A program made the translations under genes and the position numbers. A DNA stretch of 64,000 nucleotides from Candidatus Latescibacterota bacterium. GTDB taxonomy: Bacteria > Latescibacterota > UBA2968 > GCA-2709665. Shown here piece by piece: positions 10,905 through 20,094 of this stretch. Where the stretch lies: the NCBI GenBank assembly GCA_963667175.2, contig CAXXXF010000013.1, forward strand, positions 96,001 through 160,000, read 5' to 3'. The notes beneath the pieces are model-generated. The model had not been told where the DNA came from, made no database searches, and saw only the letters and a list, made by a program, of their open reading frames with translations. Numbering within the stretch: position 1 is the first letter of the stretch; each line of letters begins with the position of its first letter.

Positions 10905-11357
10905 ATGCAACCTCTCAACTTTCCACGTCAGTACGAATTTGACATTCGCGCCAACGGCGGGAGACAGACGATTTTCGATCCGCTTCGCCGGAAGCACGTG
11001 CGACTCACGCCGGAAGAGTGGGTGCGCCAGAACCTCGTGCAGTACCTCGTTCAAGACATGGGATTTCCACCGGGCCGCACCGCCGTCGAATCGGGCTTTT
11101 CACATAAGGGCGTCCGGCACCGCGCCGACGTGATCGTCCACAACGGCAGGGGAGAACCCGTTCTCATGGCTGAATGCAAGGCGCCCGACGTGAAAATCAA
11201 ACAGGAAGCGTTCGATCAGATCGCCCGCTACAACACCACTGTGGGATCGGACTATCTGGTGGTGACCAACGGAGTCACGCACTACTGCTACGCCCTTGAC
11301 CGCAAGGAACGCAGCTACCGGTTCCTGCGCAGTCTGCCAAGATATGAGGATCTGTAA
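10905..11357 (+). CDS. Stand-alone HsdR N-terminal-like (PD-(D/E)xK) domain protein
   Basis: 'IFDPLRRKHVRLTPEEWVRQ', 'RADVIV', 'AECKAP', 'FDQIARYN', 'VTNG'. Confidence 0.85.
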   Translation: MQPLNFPRQYEFDIRANGGRQTIFDPLRRKHVRLTPEEWVRQNLVQYLVQDMGFPPGRTAVESGFSHKGVRHRADVIVHNGRGEPVLMAECKAPDVKIKQEAFDQIARYNTTVGSDYLVVTNGVTHYCYALDRKERSYRFLRSLPRYEDL

Positions 11358-11396
11358 CCTTTTTCGAATCCACATCCCGGGAGGATTGGAAGCACG

Positions 11397-12407
11397 ATGG
11401 AAATGCGCCGCATCCCCTTCGAAATGATGGTTGCGGAATTACGCCGCGTCCTGCTCAATACCGGCTTCGCCAACAGCCGCGCGGATCGCCTGGCGAGGAT
11501 TTTCGCCGAAACCACGCGCGACGGCGTCTATTCCCACGGGGTCAACCGGTTCCTGCCGTTTATCAGGCACGCCCGTTCAGGCGAAGGCATGGACCTCCGC
11601 GCCGAGCCCGAAAGAGCGGGCGCGTTCGGCGTACTGGAGCAGTGGGACGGAAAGCTGGGCCCCGGTATCCTCAATGCGTGCACGTGCATGGACCGCGCCG
11701 TCGAAGTCGCTGAAGAACAGGGCATGGGCTGTGTGGCCCTCAGAAACACCAACCACTGGATGCGGGCGGGTACGTATGGATTAAGGGCCGCGGACGCCGG
11801 GTGCATCGGCATCTGCTGGACGAATACCACCCAGCTGATCCCGCCGTTCGGTTCCGCCGATCGGAAGGTGGGAAACAATCCCCTGGTTTTTTCCATCCCC
11901 CGGCCGGGAGGGCGGCATTTCCTGCTGGACATGGCGTTGAGCCAGTACTCCCACGGCAAGCTCGACGTGTACCGCGTTGCCAACCGGCGCCTCCCCGTCC
12001 CCGGCGGCTACGACGACAGGGGAGAGCTTTCGTTCGACGCCGGCGCCATTCAGGCCGCACGCCGTCCGCTTCCTATCGGTCACTGGAAGGGCATCGGACT
12101 CGCGATGTCGCTGGACCTGGTTGCCTCACTGCTTTCTGGGGGCCGTTCGACCTTTCAAATCGCGCAGGAGGAATCCGAATACGGTGTCTCCCAGGTCTTC
12201 ATGGCCATCCACGCCGGCGCTGTCGCGGGTGACCGGATGCGGGAAATCGTGGACCGGACGCTCGCGGATTTTCACGCCGCCGAGCCCCTCGAAGGCAACG
12301 AACCGGCGACCTATCCAGGCGAGCGGATGTTCAGGACCCGGGAGGAGAATCTGAAGTTGGGGATCCCCGTTGCGGATGATTGCTGGCGGGAAATTTTGGC
12401 GTTATAG
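11397..12407 (+). CDS. yiaK: 3-dehydro-L-gulonate 2-dehydrogenase (Ldh_2 family)
   Basis: 'GVYSHGVNRF', 'VALRNTNHWMRAGTYG', 'ICWTNT', 'GNNPL', 'LPIGHWKG'. Confidence 0.85.
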   Translation: MEMRRIPFEMMVAELRRVLLNTGFANSRADRLARIFAETTRDGVYSHGVNRFLPFIRHARSGEGMDLRAEPERAGAFGVLEQWDGKLGPGILNACTCMDRAVEVAEEQGMGCVALRNTNHWMRAGTYGLRAADAGCIGICWTNTTQLIPPFGSADRKVGNNPLVFSIPRPGGRHFLLDMALSQYSHGKLDVYRVANRRLPVPGGYDDRGELSFDAGAIQAARRPLPIGHWKGIGLAMSLDLVASLLSGGRSTFQIAQEESEYGVSQVFMAIHAGAVAGDRMREIVDRTLADFHAAEPLEGNEPATYPGERMFRTREENLKLGIPVADDCWREILAL

Positions 12408-12419
12408 AGGCGCGGCGAT

Positions 12420-12448
12420 TTGACTTGAGAAGCCGGGAAGGATATATT
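12420..12448 (+). promoter_or_regulatory. Putative sigma70 promoter
   Basis: TTGACT-N17-TATATT upstream of the CDS at 12535. Confidence 0.5.
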
Positions 12449-12534
12449 TGAAATCGAGACGGCGCATCTCTAACGAAAGGTCATTCACTTAGAATCCACT
12501 TCATTCAACAGATCTCCATTCGCCGAAGAACTGC

Positions 12535-13356
12535 ATGAATACGATTCATACCATAGAAGACCTGATACAACTGCTGGACGAAAAGCCCGAATGGGCCGAC
12601 GCCATGCGCGCTCGGCTGCTAACGCGTGAACTGATCGAACTGCCTGAAAAGTTCACGAAATTCGTCGCCGAATTAGACAGATTCGTCGAAGTCGCGAACA
12701 GACGATTCGATGCCCTGGAAGAGCGGATAGACAAGCTGTTCACGCAGACAGACAAGCGGTTCACTCAAATAGACAATCGGTTCACGCAGATAGACAATCG
12801 GTTCACGCAGATAGACAATCGGTTCACGCAGATAGACAATCGGTTCACGCAGATAGACAATCGGTTCACGCAGATAGACAATCGGTTCACGCAGATAGAC
12901 AATCGGTTCAACAGACTTGAAGCTGACGTGGGGCAGATCAAAGGCATTCTCGCCAGAAATGCCGCCCTAGAAGATGCCGCTCTCATTGCCAGAGAGATGG
13001 ATTTGCGGCGATTGAAGACACTCTCTCAGGAAGATCTTTGGGACCTCGTCGACGCCGCCGATACATCGGATATTCCCCCAAGCGATCTCAGGAGTTTCCG
13101 AAGGGCGGATCTGGTTATGGAAGCCATAGACCCTGCGGAAGAGACCTGCTACGTCGCCGTGGAAATTTCATTCACGGTCAACGGCAGGGACACCGCCAGG
13201 GCCATTCGCAACGCCGGATTCCTGACGCGGTTTACGCAGCGACGCGCTCACGCGGCAGTCGCCGGCTTATATCGAGACCATCGCATTCGGGACATCATTG
13301 AATCCGGGGACGTGTTCTGGCATGAAATGGATCCCGGCATTCTGGAATCAGAGTGA
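12535..13356 (+). CDS. Heptad-repeat coiled-coil protein with C-terminal PD-(D/E)xK-like domain
   Basis: N-terminal 'IQLLDEKPEW..AMR..LL', (FTQIDNR)x7, C-terminal 'ADLVM...VAVEIS...D..RA.R.A..L'. Confidence 0.75.
   Translation: MNTIHTIEDLIQLLDEKPEWADAMRARLLTRELIELPEKFTKFVAELDRFVEVANRRFDALEERIDKLFTQTDKRFTQIDNRFTQIDNRFTQIDNRFTQIDNRFTQIDNRFTQIDNRFTQIDNRFNRLEADVGQIKGILARNAALEDAALIAREMDLRRLKTLSQEDLWDLVDAADTSDIPPSDLRSFRRADLVMEAIDPAEETCYVAVEISFTVNGRDTARAIRNAGFLTRFTQRRAHAAVAGLYRDHRIRDIIESGDVFWHEMDPGILESE
12757..12910 (+). repeat. 21-bp in-frame tandem repeat (VNTR)
   Basis: Six perfect copies of CGGTTCACGCAGATAGACAAT from 12778, plus degenerate copies upstream; no spacers. Confidence 0.95.
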
Positions 13357-13378
13357 TCATCGCGTCACCCGCAGCGGT

Positions 13379-16300
13379 TCATCCGGCCGTCCGCTCCCGC
13401 CGCTCGCGCAGATACGCAGCCAGCAGGAAGAGCAGCGGCGCCAGGCCGAGCACGACCATTGCAATGCCGTTCCACTGATAAACGGATTCCGTTGTCCGTT
13501 GAATGAACGCGATTCCAGGGCCCGGGATGAGCGCGGCGGACCAGACGGCGACGAGATAGGCCATCAGGTTGAACCGGATCAGCCAGGCGACCAGGAAAAC
13601 CAGTACGCCCAGTTCCACAAGCGCGATGCCGGCCAGAACGGTGAAGTGATAAAAACTCCTGGCCGGTGCGACCGCCTCCGCAGACAACATGGCAACCGCG
13701 ATTCCTGCCACAATCAGCCACGGTCGTTTCACTCCGGTCTTCCAGACCAAAAGGATTGCCAGCACCGCGAATGGGTCGATCAGGTCCAGGGCCGCGTCAC
13801 TGAAGGCGTTGAAGAAGGGAAGAAAGGCATTTACCCGCGGCATGTTGAATCCGCCTGCCTCCAGATACTCCGTCAAACCATTGTACTTCACATATAAACC
13901 GATACTTTCCGTGCCCGCCCGAAGCAACAGGAATGCTGCGCCCAGCGCCAGCGTGCCCGCCCAGAATCGCGCGCTTCCCTCCCGCATCCGCAAGAGGCCC
14001 AGCCATCTGCCGGTCCCCATCTCTTCCGGGTAGAGCGACCTCTTCAACCCAATCATTAACGCCAACACTACGGCCAGCGCCAGCCCCATAATCGGCGTGC
14101 CAATCAACCATAAGACACCCTGGATCCCCAGGTAGGTCGCGATCGACTGGCTCGTATCGTAACCATGGAAGAAGGCGGGTAAGGAGTTGATCCAATTCAA
14201 CAGCATCAATAACACAACCACAATGCCGATGGTAATCGGTAGCCTCCAGTGCATCTCCTTCGCCCTGTAGAGTCGGAAGAAATAGACCCCGGCCAGTATG
14301 AGCGTCGCCAGCCCCAGGAGGACGGGCACAATTGAAGCCAACGCCTGTCCGGTGCCGCGTTCCCGGAGAGATCGAAGGAACTCCTCCGGCGCCTTGTATT
14401 GCGCACTGAAAAATCCCACCTCGTCGCCCTGGACCCGCGCATTCACGCGGAACTCGCCGTCCTCGATTTTCCGGTCGATCCGCTCCCAGACGAAATGGTG
14501 GTCCATCCGTTCCTTTTCCTTCTCCGAACGGGCCTCCAGCAGCTTGTATTGCGTTGAATCCGTCACGGGCCGCTCGAACCTCTCCACAACAAACGCCTCC
14601 GCCTTCGCTCGCGCCGCTTCGGTCTCCAATTCGGGTCCCGCCCGAGTCTCCGGGATGATGTGGTTGACGCCAACAACGCTGCCCGACGCGTCCACGCGGA
14701 CCTGGATCTCCTCCTTCTCCATCGGCTTGAACCAGCGTACGTGCCAGTGCCAGGGCGACGTGTTCTCTGCCATGAGGGTATCCGCGCGCGCAACCCCCGC
14801 GTTTCGGATCAGATACGTATAGTGGGAGGAGCCAACTCCGCTGCGAAACTGTACCGACCTGCGGTATTCCGACACATCCAATCCAAGTTCCTCACAAAAC
14901 GCCTCCGCGACACCTATCGCCTGGCGCCGGCTTACTTCGAGCTTCAACGTGCGCGAGCCGAACCGATCCACCTGGAACCCGATCATCAGCGCGATCCCTG
15001 CGACAATGCACACCCCGACGGCAATCCACCTCTGTCGATCCGGCAAGTACGCTTCGGGGTCTCTTTGAGTGACGGACGCCTGAACGGGCTCGGGCGCCGG
15101 TTCCTCCGTTTCGGCCGGTTCATCAGGCGCCTCTTCATCTACCGCTTCTTCAACTTCCTCGGATCGGGACCTCCCGGTCAGGACCGCGAACGCCGCGGGG
15201 ATGGCCGGCACCAGCAGGATTCCGATGACGAGCACGCCGGACACCTGGAAGTAGAGGCTGGATGACTTCACCATCGGCAGCGCCACGATGAACGCGTTAA
15301 TCGCGTAGTGGGCGATGACGGGCGCCCAGATCCCGAAACGCAGGAACAGGATGCCAAAGACGATCCCGATGACGGTGATCTCAATTCCTCGTATGTATAT
15401 GGGCTCATGGGGATAGTTTGAATGCAGGAACGCCCACACGATCGCTGACAGCAACACCGCCAGCCACCGTTGTTTCAACCACCTGATCAGCAGGGGAATG
15501 GCCAGCAGACGGAAGAAAAACTCCTCGACCGCCGCGGCGGACAGTCCCACCAGCAACGGGTAGATCCAGGGAATGGCCGTGCTGAACGCGTTGTCGTACT
15601 CGCTGACGTCGGCGGGCACCCAGACGTCGAAATACCGTCCGCCCAGCAGATAAAATACGGCGACGTATCCCAGAACGGCCCCGGCTGCGCCGTAACCCAC
15701 AACCGTGGACCGCAGGAATCCGGCCGTAAAAAGTCCTCTGAGCGAAAGGCGCCCGATCGGGCTCGCGCGACCCTCGGACATTACGTCTCTTTCCAGAACG
15801 CCGCCCGCGGTCCCGGCCAGGCAGACGACTCCGCCGTAAACCGCCGCGATCAGAACGACACTGAACAGAACCGTCACCAGAAAGGCGCCGTATGAGATCG
15901 TTGTATCGAAATTATACAGCGCAAGCGGCAAGGCGTTGACGTTTGCCGCAAGCCAGGCGACGGCCACGAGTGTACCGACGATGAGTCCGGCCTGCCAGCG
16001 CAACCGCTTCCGGCGATAGTTCTTGACCAGAATCACCAGCATGGCGACGCCGAGCGCGAGCCAGAACGGCAGAAAGACCTGAGTCAACAGATTCGCCCTC
16101 GAACGCACTTCGCGGTAACTCCGGGAGAAACTGTCCGGCACTTTCAGGTACTCGCTGAACCGCCCGACTCGGTCCCCGTGAACCACGACGTCCAGCCGGT
16201 AGTGCCCGTCGTCACCTACCGTGAAGTCCTTCTTCCTGTACGCGAACTGATGATCCACCCGCGCCTTGCGTTCCGTGCTGGACCGGTCGATCAACGCATA

Positions 16301-16789
16301 GACGTCAAGGTCGTACCCCTGGGTTTCTCTCAGGAAATCAGACGCGATTGCCAGCGCGTCGTCCTGCGCAAGGTTTGCGCCTTCGTCCGATTCCAGGATG
16401 CGGTGCGAGAATCCGACGATTCGCCCGCCCGGATCCAGCCCCACCCGAAGTTCCTCCTTCTGCAACGGCCTGAACCACCGCACGCTCCAGGCCCAGACCG
16501 ACAACCATTCCCTGGCGAGCCGGTTCGTCTCCTCCAGGCCCAGCGTCTGCTCCAGGAAAATCTGCTGCATCTGGCTGCTTGAAAATATCTGGGCGCTCTC
16601 GTAGCCGGCAAGATCGTACCCCAGGTTCTCCAGGTAACCCTGTGCCTTTTGGTGTACTTCGTCGCGGCTCAGCTTGAAGTCCAGCGACGCGGACGGAATC
16701 GCCTCGTGATAGAAATTCAGAAAAACCGCCAACCCGCCCACGCCCAGTACCACGAAAACCAGCAACCACATCGCATCACGACGGTCCAT
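13379..16789 (-). CDS. Large membrane protein with CPBP (CAAX/Abi) metalloprotease domain and internal duplication
   Basis: 'AVEEFFFRL', 'WAFLH', 'IAHYAIN' CPBP motifs; many TM segments; two copies of a 'W.VRWF.P..KEE..V..D..G..VG..H' soluble domain; AGGAG RBS before ATG 16789. Confidence 0.8.
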   Translation of the reverse strand: MDRRDAMWLLVFVVLGVGGLAVFLNFYHEAIPSASLDFKLSRDEVHQKAQGYLENLGYDLAGYESAQIFSSSQMQQIFLEQTLGLEETNRLAREWLSVWAWSVRWFRPLQKEELRVGLDPGGRIVGFSHRILESDEGANLAQDDALAIASDFLRETQGYDLDVYALIDRSSTERKARVDHQFAYRKKDFTVGDDGHYRLDVVVHGDRVGRFSEYLKVPDSFSRSYREVRSRANLLTQVFLPFWLALGVAMLVILVKNYRRKRLRWQAGLIVGTLVAVAWLAANVNALPLALYNFDTTISYGAFLVTVLFSVVLIAAVYGGVVCLAGTAGGVLERDVMSEGRASPIGRLSLRGLFTAGFLRSTVVGYGAAGAVLGYVAVFYLLGGRYFDVWVPADVSEYDNAFSTAIPWIYPLLVGLSAAAVEEFFFRLLAIPLLIRWLKQRWLAVLLSAIVWAFLHSNYPHEPIYIRGIEITVIGIVFGILFLRFGIWAPVIAHYAINAFIVALPMVKSSSLYFQVSGVLVIGILLVPAIPAAFAVLTGRSRSEEVEEAVDEEAPDEPAETEEPAPEPVQASVTQRDPEAYLPDRQRWIAVGVCIVAGIALMIGFQVDRFGSRTLKLEVSRRQAIGVAEAFCEELGLDVSEYRRSVQFRSGVGSSHYTYLIRNAGVARADTLMAENTSPWHWHVRWFKPMEKEEIQVRVDASGSVVGVNHIIPETRAGPELETEAARAKAEAFVVERFERPVTDSTQYKLLEARSEKEKERMDHHFVWERIDRKIEDGEFRVNARVQGDEVGFFSAQYKAPEEFLRSLRERGTGQALASIVPVLLGLATLILAGVYFFRLYRAKEMHWRLPITIGIVVVLLMLLNWINSLPAFFHGYDTSQSIATYLGIQGVLWLIGTPIMGLALAVVLALMIGLKRSLYPEEMGTGRWLGLLRMREGSARFWAGTLALGAAFLLLRAGTESIGLYVKYNGLTEYLEAGGFNMPRVNAFLPFFNAFSDAALDLIDPFAVLAILLVWKTGVKRPWLIVAGIAVAMLSAEAVAPARSFYHFTVLAGIALVELGVLVFLVAWLIRFNLMAYLVAVWSAALIPGPGIAFIQRTTESVYQWNGIAMVVLGLAPLLFLLAAYLRERRERTAG

Positions 16790-17007
16790 CAACCACTCCT
16801 TTGAATCTGGTCTGCAAGCAAAGGGGATTCTACACCCGCAATGTAAAGACGCGGGGAAGGCGGGCACAAGGAAAAACCCTGGCGACCAATCCATTCGATT
16901 CGGTTGCCATCTGTGTTGTTTCGTCCTATCTTGGTTTCTCCGGCGACCGTTCAATCAAGGTAACGTCGGGACTGTAGACGTTCCAGGCGCATGTCGGCGT
17001 CCGGACC

Positions 17008-17036
17008 GTAGGGGCAGGTTTCAAACCTGCCCCTAC
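17008..17036. repeat. GTAG-type REP-like palindrome
   Basis: GTAGGGGCAGGTTT-C-AAACCTGCCCCTAC, perfect 14-bp arms, in a divergent intergenic region. Confidence 0.7.
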
Positions 17037-17088
17037 TTGCCCATGTTTGCGCCAGGCTGATTCTCAATATTGACCAGGAGAGGATACA

Positions 17089-19158
17089 ATGGAAGAGACC
17101 GGGAAGCTCATTCGCCGAAGACTCACGGTAAACCCTGCCGGTGACGTCGGAAATCTTCAGGATTTCCCGCTCCTCGTGGTCCTGCGCGACGATGGACTCA
17201 AATCCGCCGACAACGGAGGGCGTGTTCGTGGAGACGACGGCGGCGACGTCCACTTCGTCTCGCTCGAAGGCGATGCGCTGGCGTACTGCATCGAGTCCTA
17301 CGTTCCCGAAACCGGCGCCCTGAGCGCACGGGTCAGGATCCCTTCTTTCACCGGGGCCACAAGTCTGTACCTCTGCTATGGCGGAGTACCGGTTTCATCC
17401 CCGGATCGTGTATGGGATCCACATTTCAAATTGGTCCGCCTCCACAGCAGCGATGCGCGATCCGAATCGCTCGACGACGTCCAGGCCCTCACCGTGGAGG
17501 CCTGGATCGACAGCAGACAGTCGAACACCGATGCCTTCCAGGTCCTGGTTGCCAGGTGGTCGTTGCGACCGGTAATGGACCGGTTCGAGTCCTACGATGC
17601 CGGGGACACCGACGGCCTGGACACGAAGGGTTATTTCGGCGCCGTCTCGGACGGACGCTACGTATACTTTGCACCGCAGCTCAATGCGTCCCAGGACCGT
17701 CACGGCCAGGTCCTGCGATACGACTCCCGGGGGGCGTTCGACGATCCCGATAGCTGGGAAGGATACGACGCGGGCTGCACCGACGGCCTGAACACGAAAG
17801 GGTACTACGGCGTCGTGCACGCCGGGAACCACATCTATTTTGTCCCGCGTACCGACTGCGATACCCTTCACAGCCGCATTCTGCGATATGACCGGAGCGG
17901 GGAGTTCCGGGATCCTGGTAGCTGGGAGGCATACGATATCGGGAGGACCATGGCCTGCCAGAGCGCCGCGTACGACGGTCGATATATCTACCTGTCGCCC
18001 GGATACTACGGGGATTCGGGCGAATCGGGTAAAGCCCTCCGTGTCGATACCCGGGGCGGCTTCAAGGATCCGGACAGCTATGTGATTTTCGACGCCGGGA
18101 ATACCGACGGTCTGGAGTCGAGGAACTACGACGGCGCCACCTTCGACGGACGTTACGTCTATTACTCGCCGCTCAACGACCGCGGCATCGTGCTCCGCCA
18201 CGATACCCGCGGCGGGTTCGACGATCCTGCCGCCTGGCAGGCGCTGGATGCCAGTGCTCATGGAATGGGGATGTGCGTGGGCGCCGTTTTCGACGGCCGC
18301 TACGTCTATTACGTCCCGTACGCCCACAGCAACGCCGTCAGATACGATACCCGGGGCGACTTCAAGGATCCGGACCGCTGGGAAGCCTACGACGCGGCCG
18401 GAACGTCCGGCCTGCACACAAAAGGCTACGACGGCGCGGCCTTCGACGGCCAATACGTCTACTACGTACCGTTCTACGAGGGCGACGAACCCCAACGGGG
18501 ATTCCACTGCCGCGTCCTGCGCTACAACACCTGCATGAACTTCACCGATAAGGCCGCGTGGGACGCCGCCGACGGAGGCGTTTTCACCTTCCCGCCGAAC
18601 CCGGGCGGGTTCAATGGCGGCGCGTTCGACGGACGATACGTGTACTTCTCGCCGTGGCGCGAAGACCCGGATGAAAGCGACAACCGCGAATACACGCCCC
18701 ATGGAAAGGTGTTGCGCTACGATACCGCGGATGAGGCCTCCTTTGCGCTCAAATACGCCGAATGCGGTCACAACGGCGGTCTTTGCGCCTCGCTCCCGGG
18801 TCCGACCTTCACCATCAACACGGAACGCGGCACCCGGAGCGTGCGCGCCAACAGGACGCTGAGCCCGGGCCGGCATCATCTGTCGGGCGTATACGACGGC
18901 GAACGGGCGACGCTCTATATCGACGGCAGGCCGGTGGACTCGGTCGAAGCATCCGGCTCCGTCCGGTCCGGCCAGACTCCGATCAGCATCGGCCGGCTCG
19001 CGGGCGGCGGGGCGCCGTTCCAGGGCGACATCGATGAGGTCCGCATCTCGACGACGGCCAGATCCGATCGGTGGATCAATGCCACATATCAGAATCTTTC
19101 GAATCCGACGGAATTCGTCCGCCTGGGGCCTGAAGAAAAAATGGACCATGCGCAATAG
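17089..19158 (+). CDS. DUF2341-like + LamG-like protein with an inserted 7-repeat beta-propeller
   Basis: N-terminal 'DFPLLV...GGDVHF...YCIE...VRIP...LYLCYG'; LamG halves 'LTVEAWI' and 'HHLSGVYDG...LYIDG...GDIDEVRIS'; seven G..(F)DGRYVY..P repeats between them. Confidence 0.75.
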   Translation: MEETGKLIRRRLTVNPAGDVGNLQDFPLLVVLRDDGLKSADNGGRVRGDDGGDVHFVSLEGDALAYCIESYVPETGALSARVRIPSFTGATSLYLCYGGVPVSSPDRVWDPHFKLVRLHSSDARSESLDDVQALTVEAWIDSRQSNTDAFQVLVARWSLRPVMDRFESYDAGDTDGLDTKGYFGAVSDGRYVYFAPQLNASQDRHGQVLRYDSRGAFDDPDSWEGYDAGCTDGLNTKGYYGVVHAGNHIYFVPRTDCDTLHSRILRYDRSGEFRDPGSWEAYDIGRTMACQSAAYDGRYIYLSPGYYGDSGESGKALRVDTRGGFKDPDSYVIFDAGNTDGLESRNYDGATFDGRYVYYSPLNDRGIVLRHDTRGGFDDPAAWQALDASAHGMGMCVGAVFDGRYVYYVPYAHSNAVRYDTRGDFKDPDRWEAYDAAGTSGLHTKGYDGAAFDGQYVYYVPFYEGDEPQRGFHCRVLRYNTCMNFTDKAAWDAADGGVFTFPPNPGGFNGGAFDGRYVYFSPWREDPDESDNREYTPHGKVLRYDTADEASFALKYAECGHNGGLCASLPGPTFTINTERGTRSVRANRTLSPGRHHLSGVYDGERATLYIDGRPVDSVEASGSVRSGQTPISIGRLAGGGAPFQGDIDEVRISTTARSDRWINATYQNLSNPTEFVRLGPEEKMDHAQ

Positions 19159-19191
19159 CACATGGCCCGGATCCGGCGTCCTGTTCCAGAA

Positions 19192-20094
19192 TTATCTCAC
19201 CGGTCTCCCGCCGATCCTCGCGCCCGCCTGTACGTGTACTTCGATTCCGTGCCCGGAGTCTTCCATCAGGTCGTCGTCAAAGACGACCCTTCCCGGCTCG
19301 AACAACAGCACGAGCGTGGATCCCCCGAACTGAAAATAACCCTTCTCCTGACCCCGGTCGACCCGGCCCGGCGTGTACGTCTCAACGATGCTGCCCACCG
19401 CAAAGCCGCCGATTTCCACGTACGCGATCCTCCCGAACCCGTCCGAATCGAACGTTGTAATCGCGCGTTTGTTTCGCCAGAATACGCCGGGCGCCCTGGC
19501 AAGGCCCAGCGGGTTGACAATAAAGTACCGCCCCGCGACCACGCGCGCCGGACCGGCCGTTCCGGAATCCGGAAAGTGGAACCGGTGATAGTCGCAGGGC
19601 GCGAGCCGCACGACCAGCGCCGAGCCGTGGAGAAAAGGAACCGCCTCCTCCTCGGAATCCAGCAGGCGTTGCAGGGGAACGGGGGCTCCCTTGACAGGGA
19701 TCCGTGCGCCTTCAATGAGTTGCGGATAGACCAGGACTTTCCCGTCCGCGGGGCAGGACAGCGCGCCGGGTTCCGGGGCGAACGGTCGGGCGCCGGGTTT
19801 CAACCGGCGGGTGAAGAACGCGTTGAAGGTCGGATACCGATCCAGGGGAAATTCGATCTCTTCCACGTCGATGCCGTACTCCCGCACGAAACGGGAGATT
19901 CTCCGGCGGCTACCCGGACGCGTCTGCAACCAGCCATACAACCGGCAGAAAACGGAGTTGTTCAGCAGCAGGTGGAAGAGCCCCAGGACGAAAGGAGCGT
20001 GGAACACTCGCTGGAAGAAGGCGTAGGACAGCGGCTCCGCTATCGTCCGTCCGGACCTTCGATCGCGATAGGTAATCCCGGAATCGTTATCCAT
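19192..20094 (-). CDS. psd: Phosphatidylserine decarboxylase proenzyme
   Basis: 'FNAFFTRRLKPGARP', 'PADG', 'RLAPCDYHRFHFP', 'GYFQFGGST' autocleavage motif. Confidence 0.9.
   Translation of the reverse strand: MDNDSGITYRDRRSGRTIAEPLSYAFFQRVFHAPFVLGLFHLLLNNSVFCRLYGWLQTRPGSRRRISRFVREYGIDVEEIEFPLDRYPTFNAFFTRRLKPGARPFAPEPGALSCPADGKVLVYPQLIEGARIPVKGAPVPLQRLLDSEEEAVPFLHGSALVVRLAPCDYHRFHFPDSGTAGPARVVAGRYFIVNPLGLARAPGVFWRNKRAITTFDSDGFGRIAYVEIGGFAVGSIVETYTPGRVDRGQEKGYFQFGGSTLVLLFEPGRVVFDDDLMEDSGHGIEVHVQAGARIGGRPVR

Noticed and set aside
10905-11357. Type I RM system
   Set aside because: Only a stand-alone 150-aa HsdR_N-like domain; no hsdM, hsdS or helicase.
12757-12910. Possible CRISPR array
   Set aside because: Head-to-tail 21-mers with no spacers, in frame within a CDS; no cas genes.
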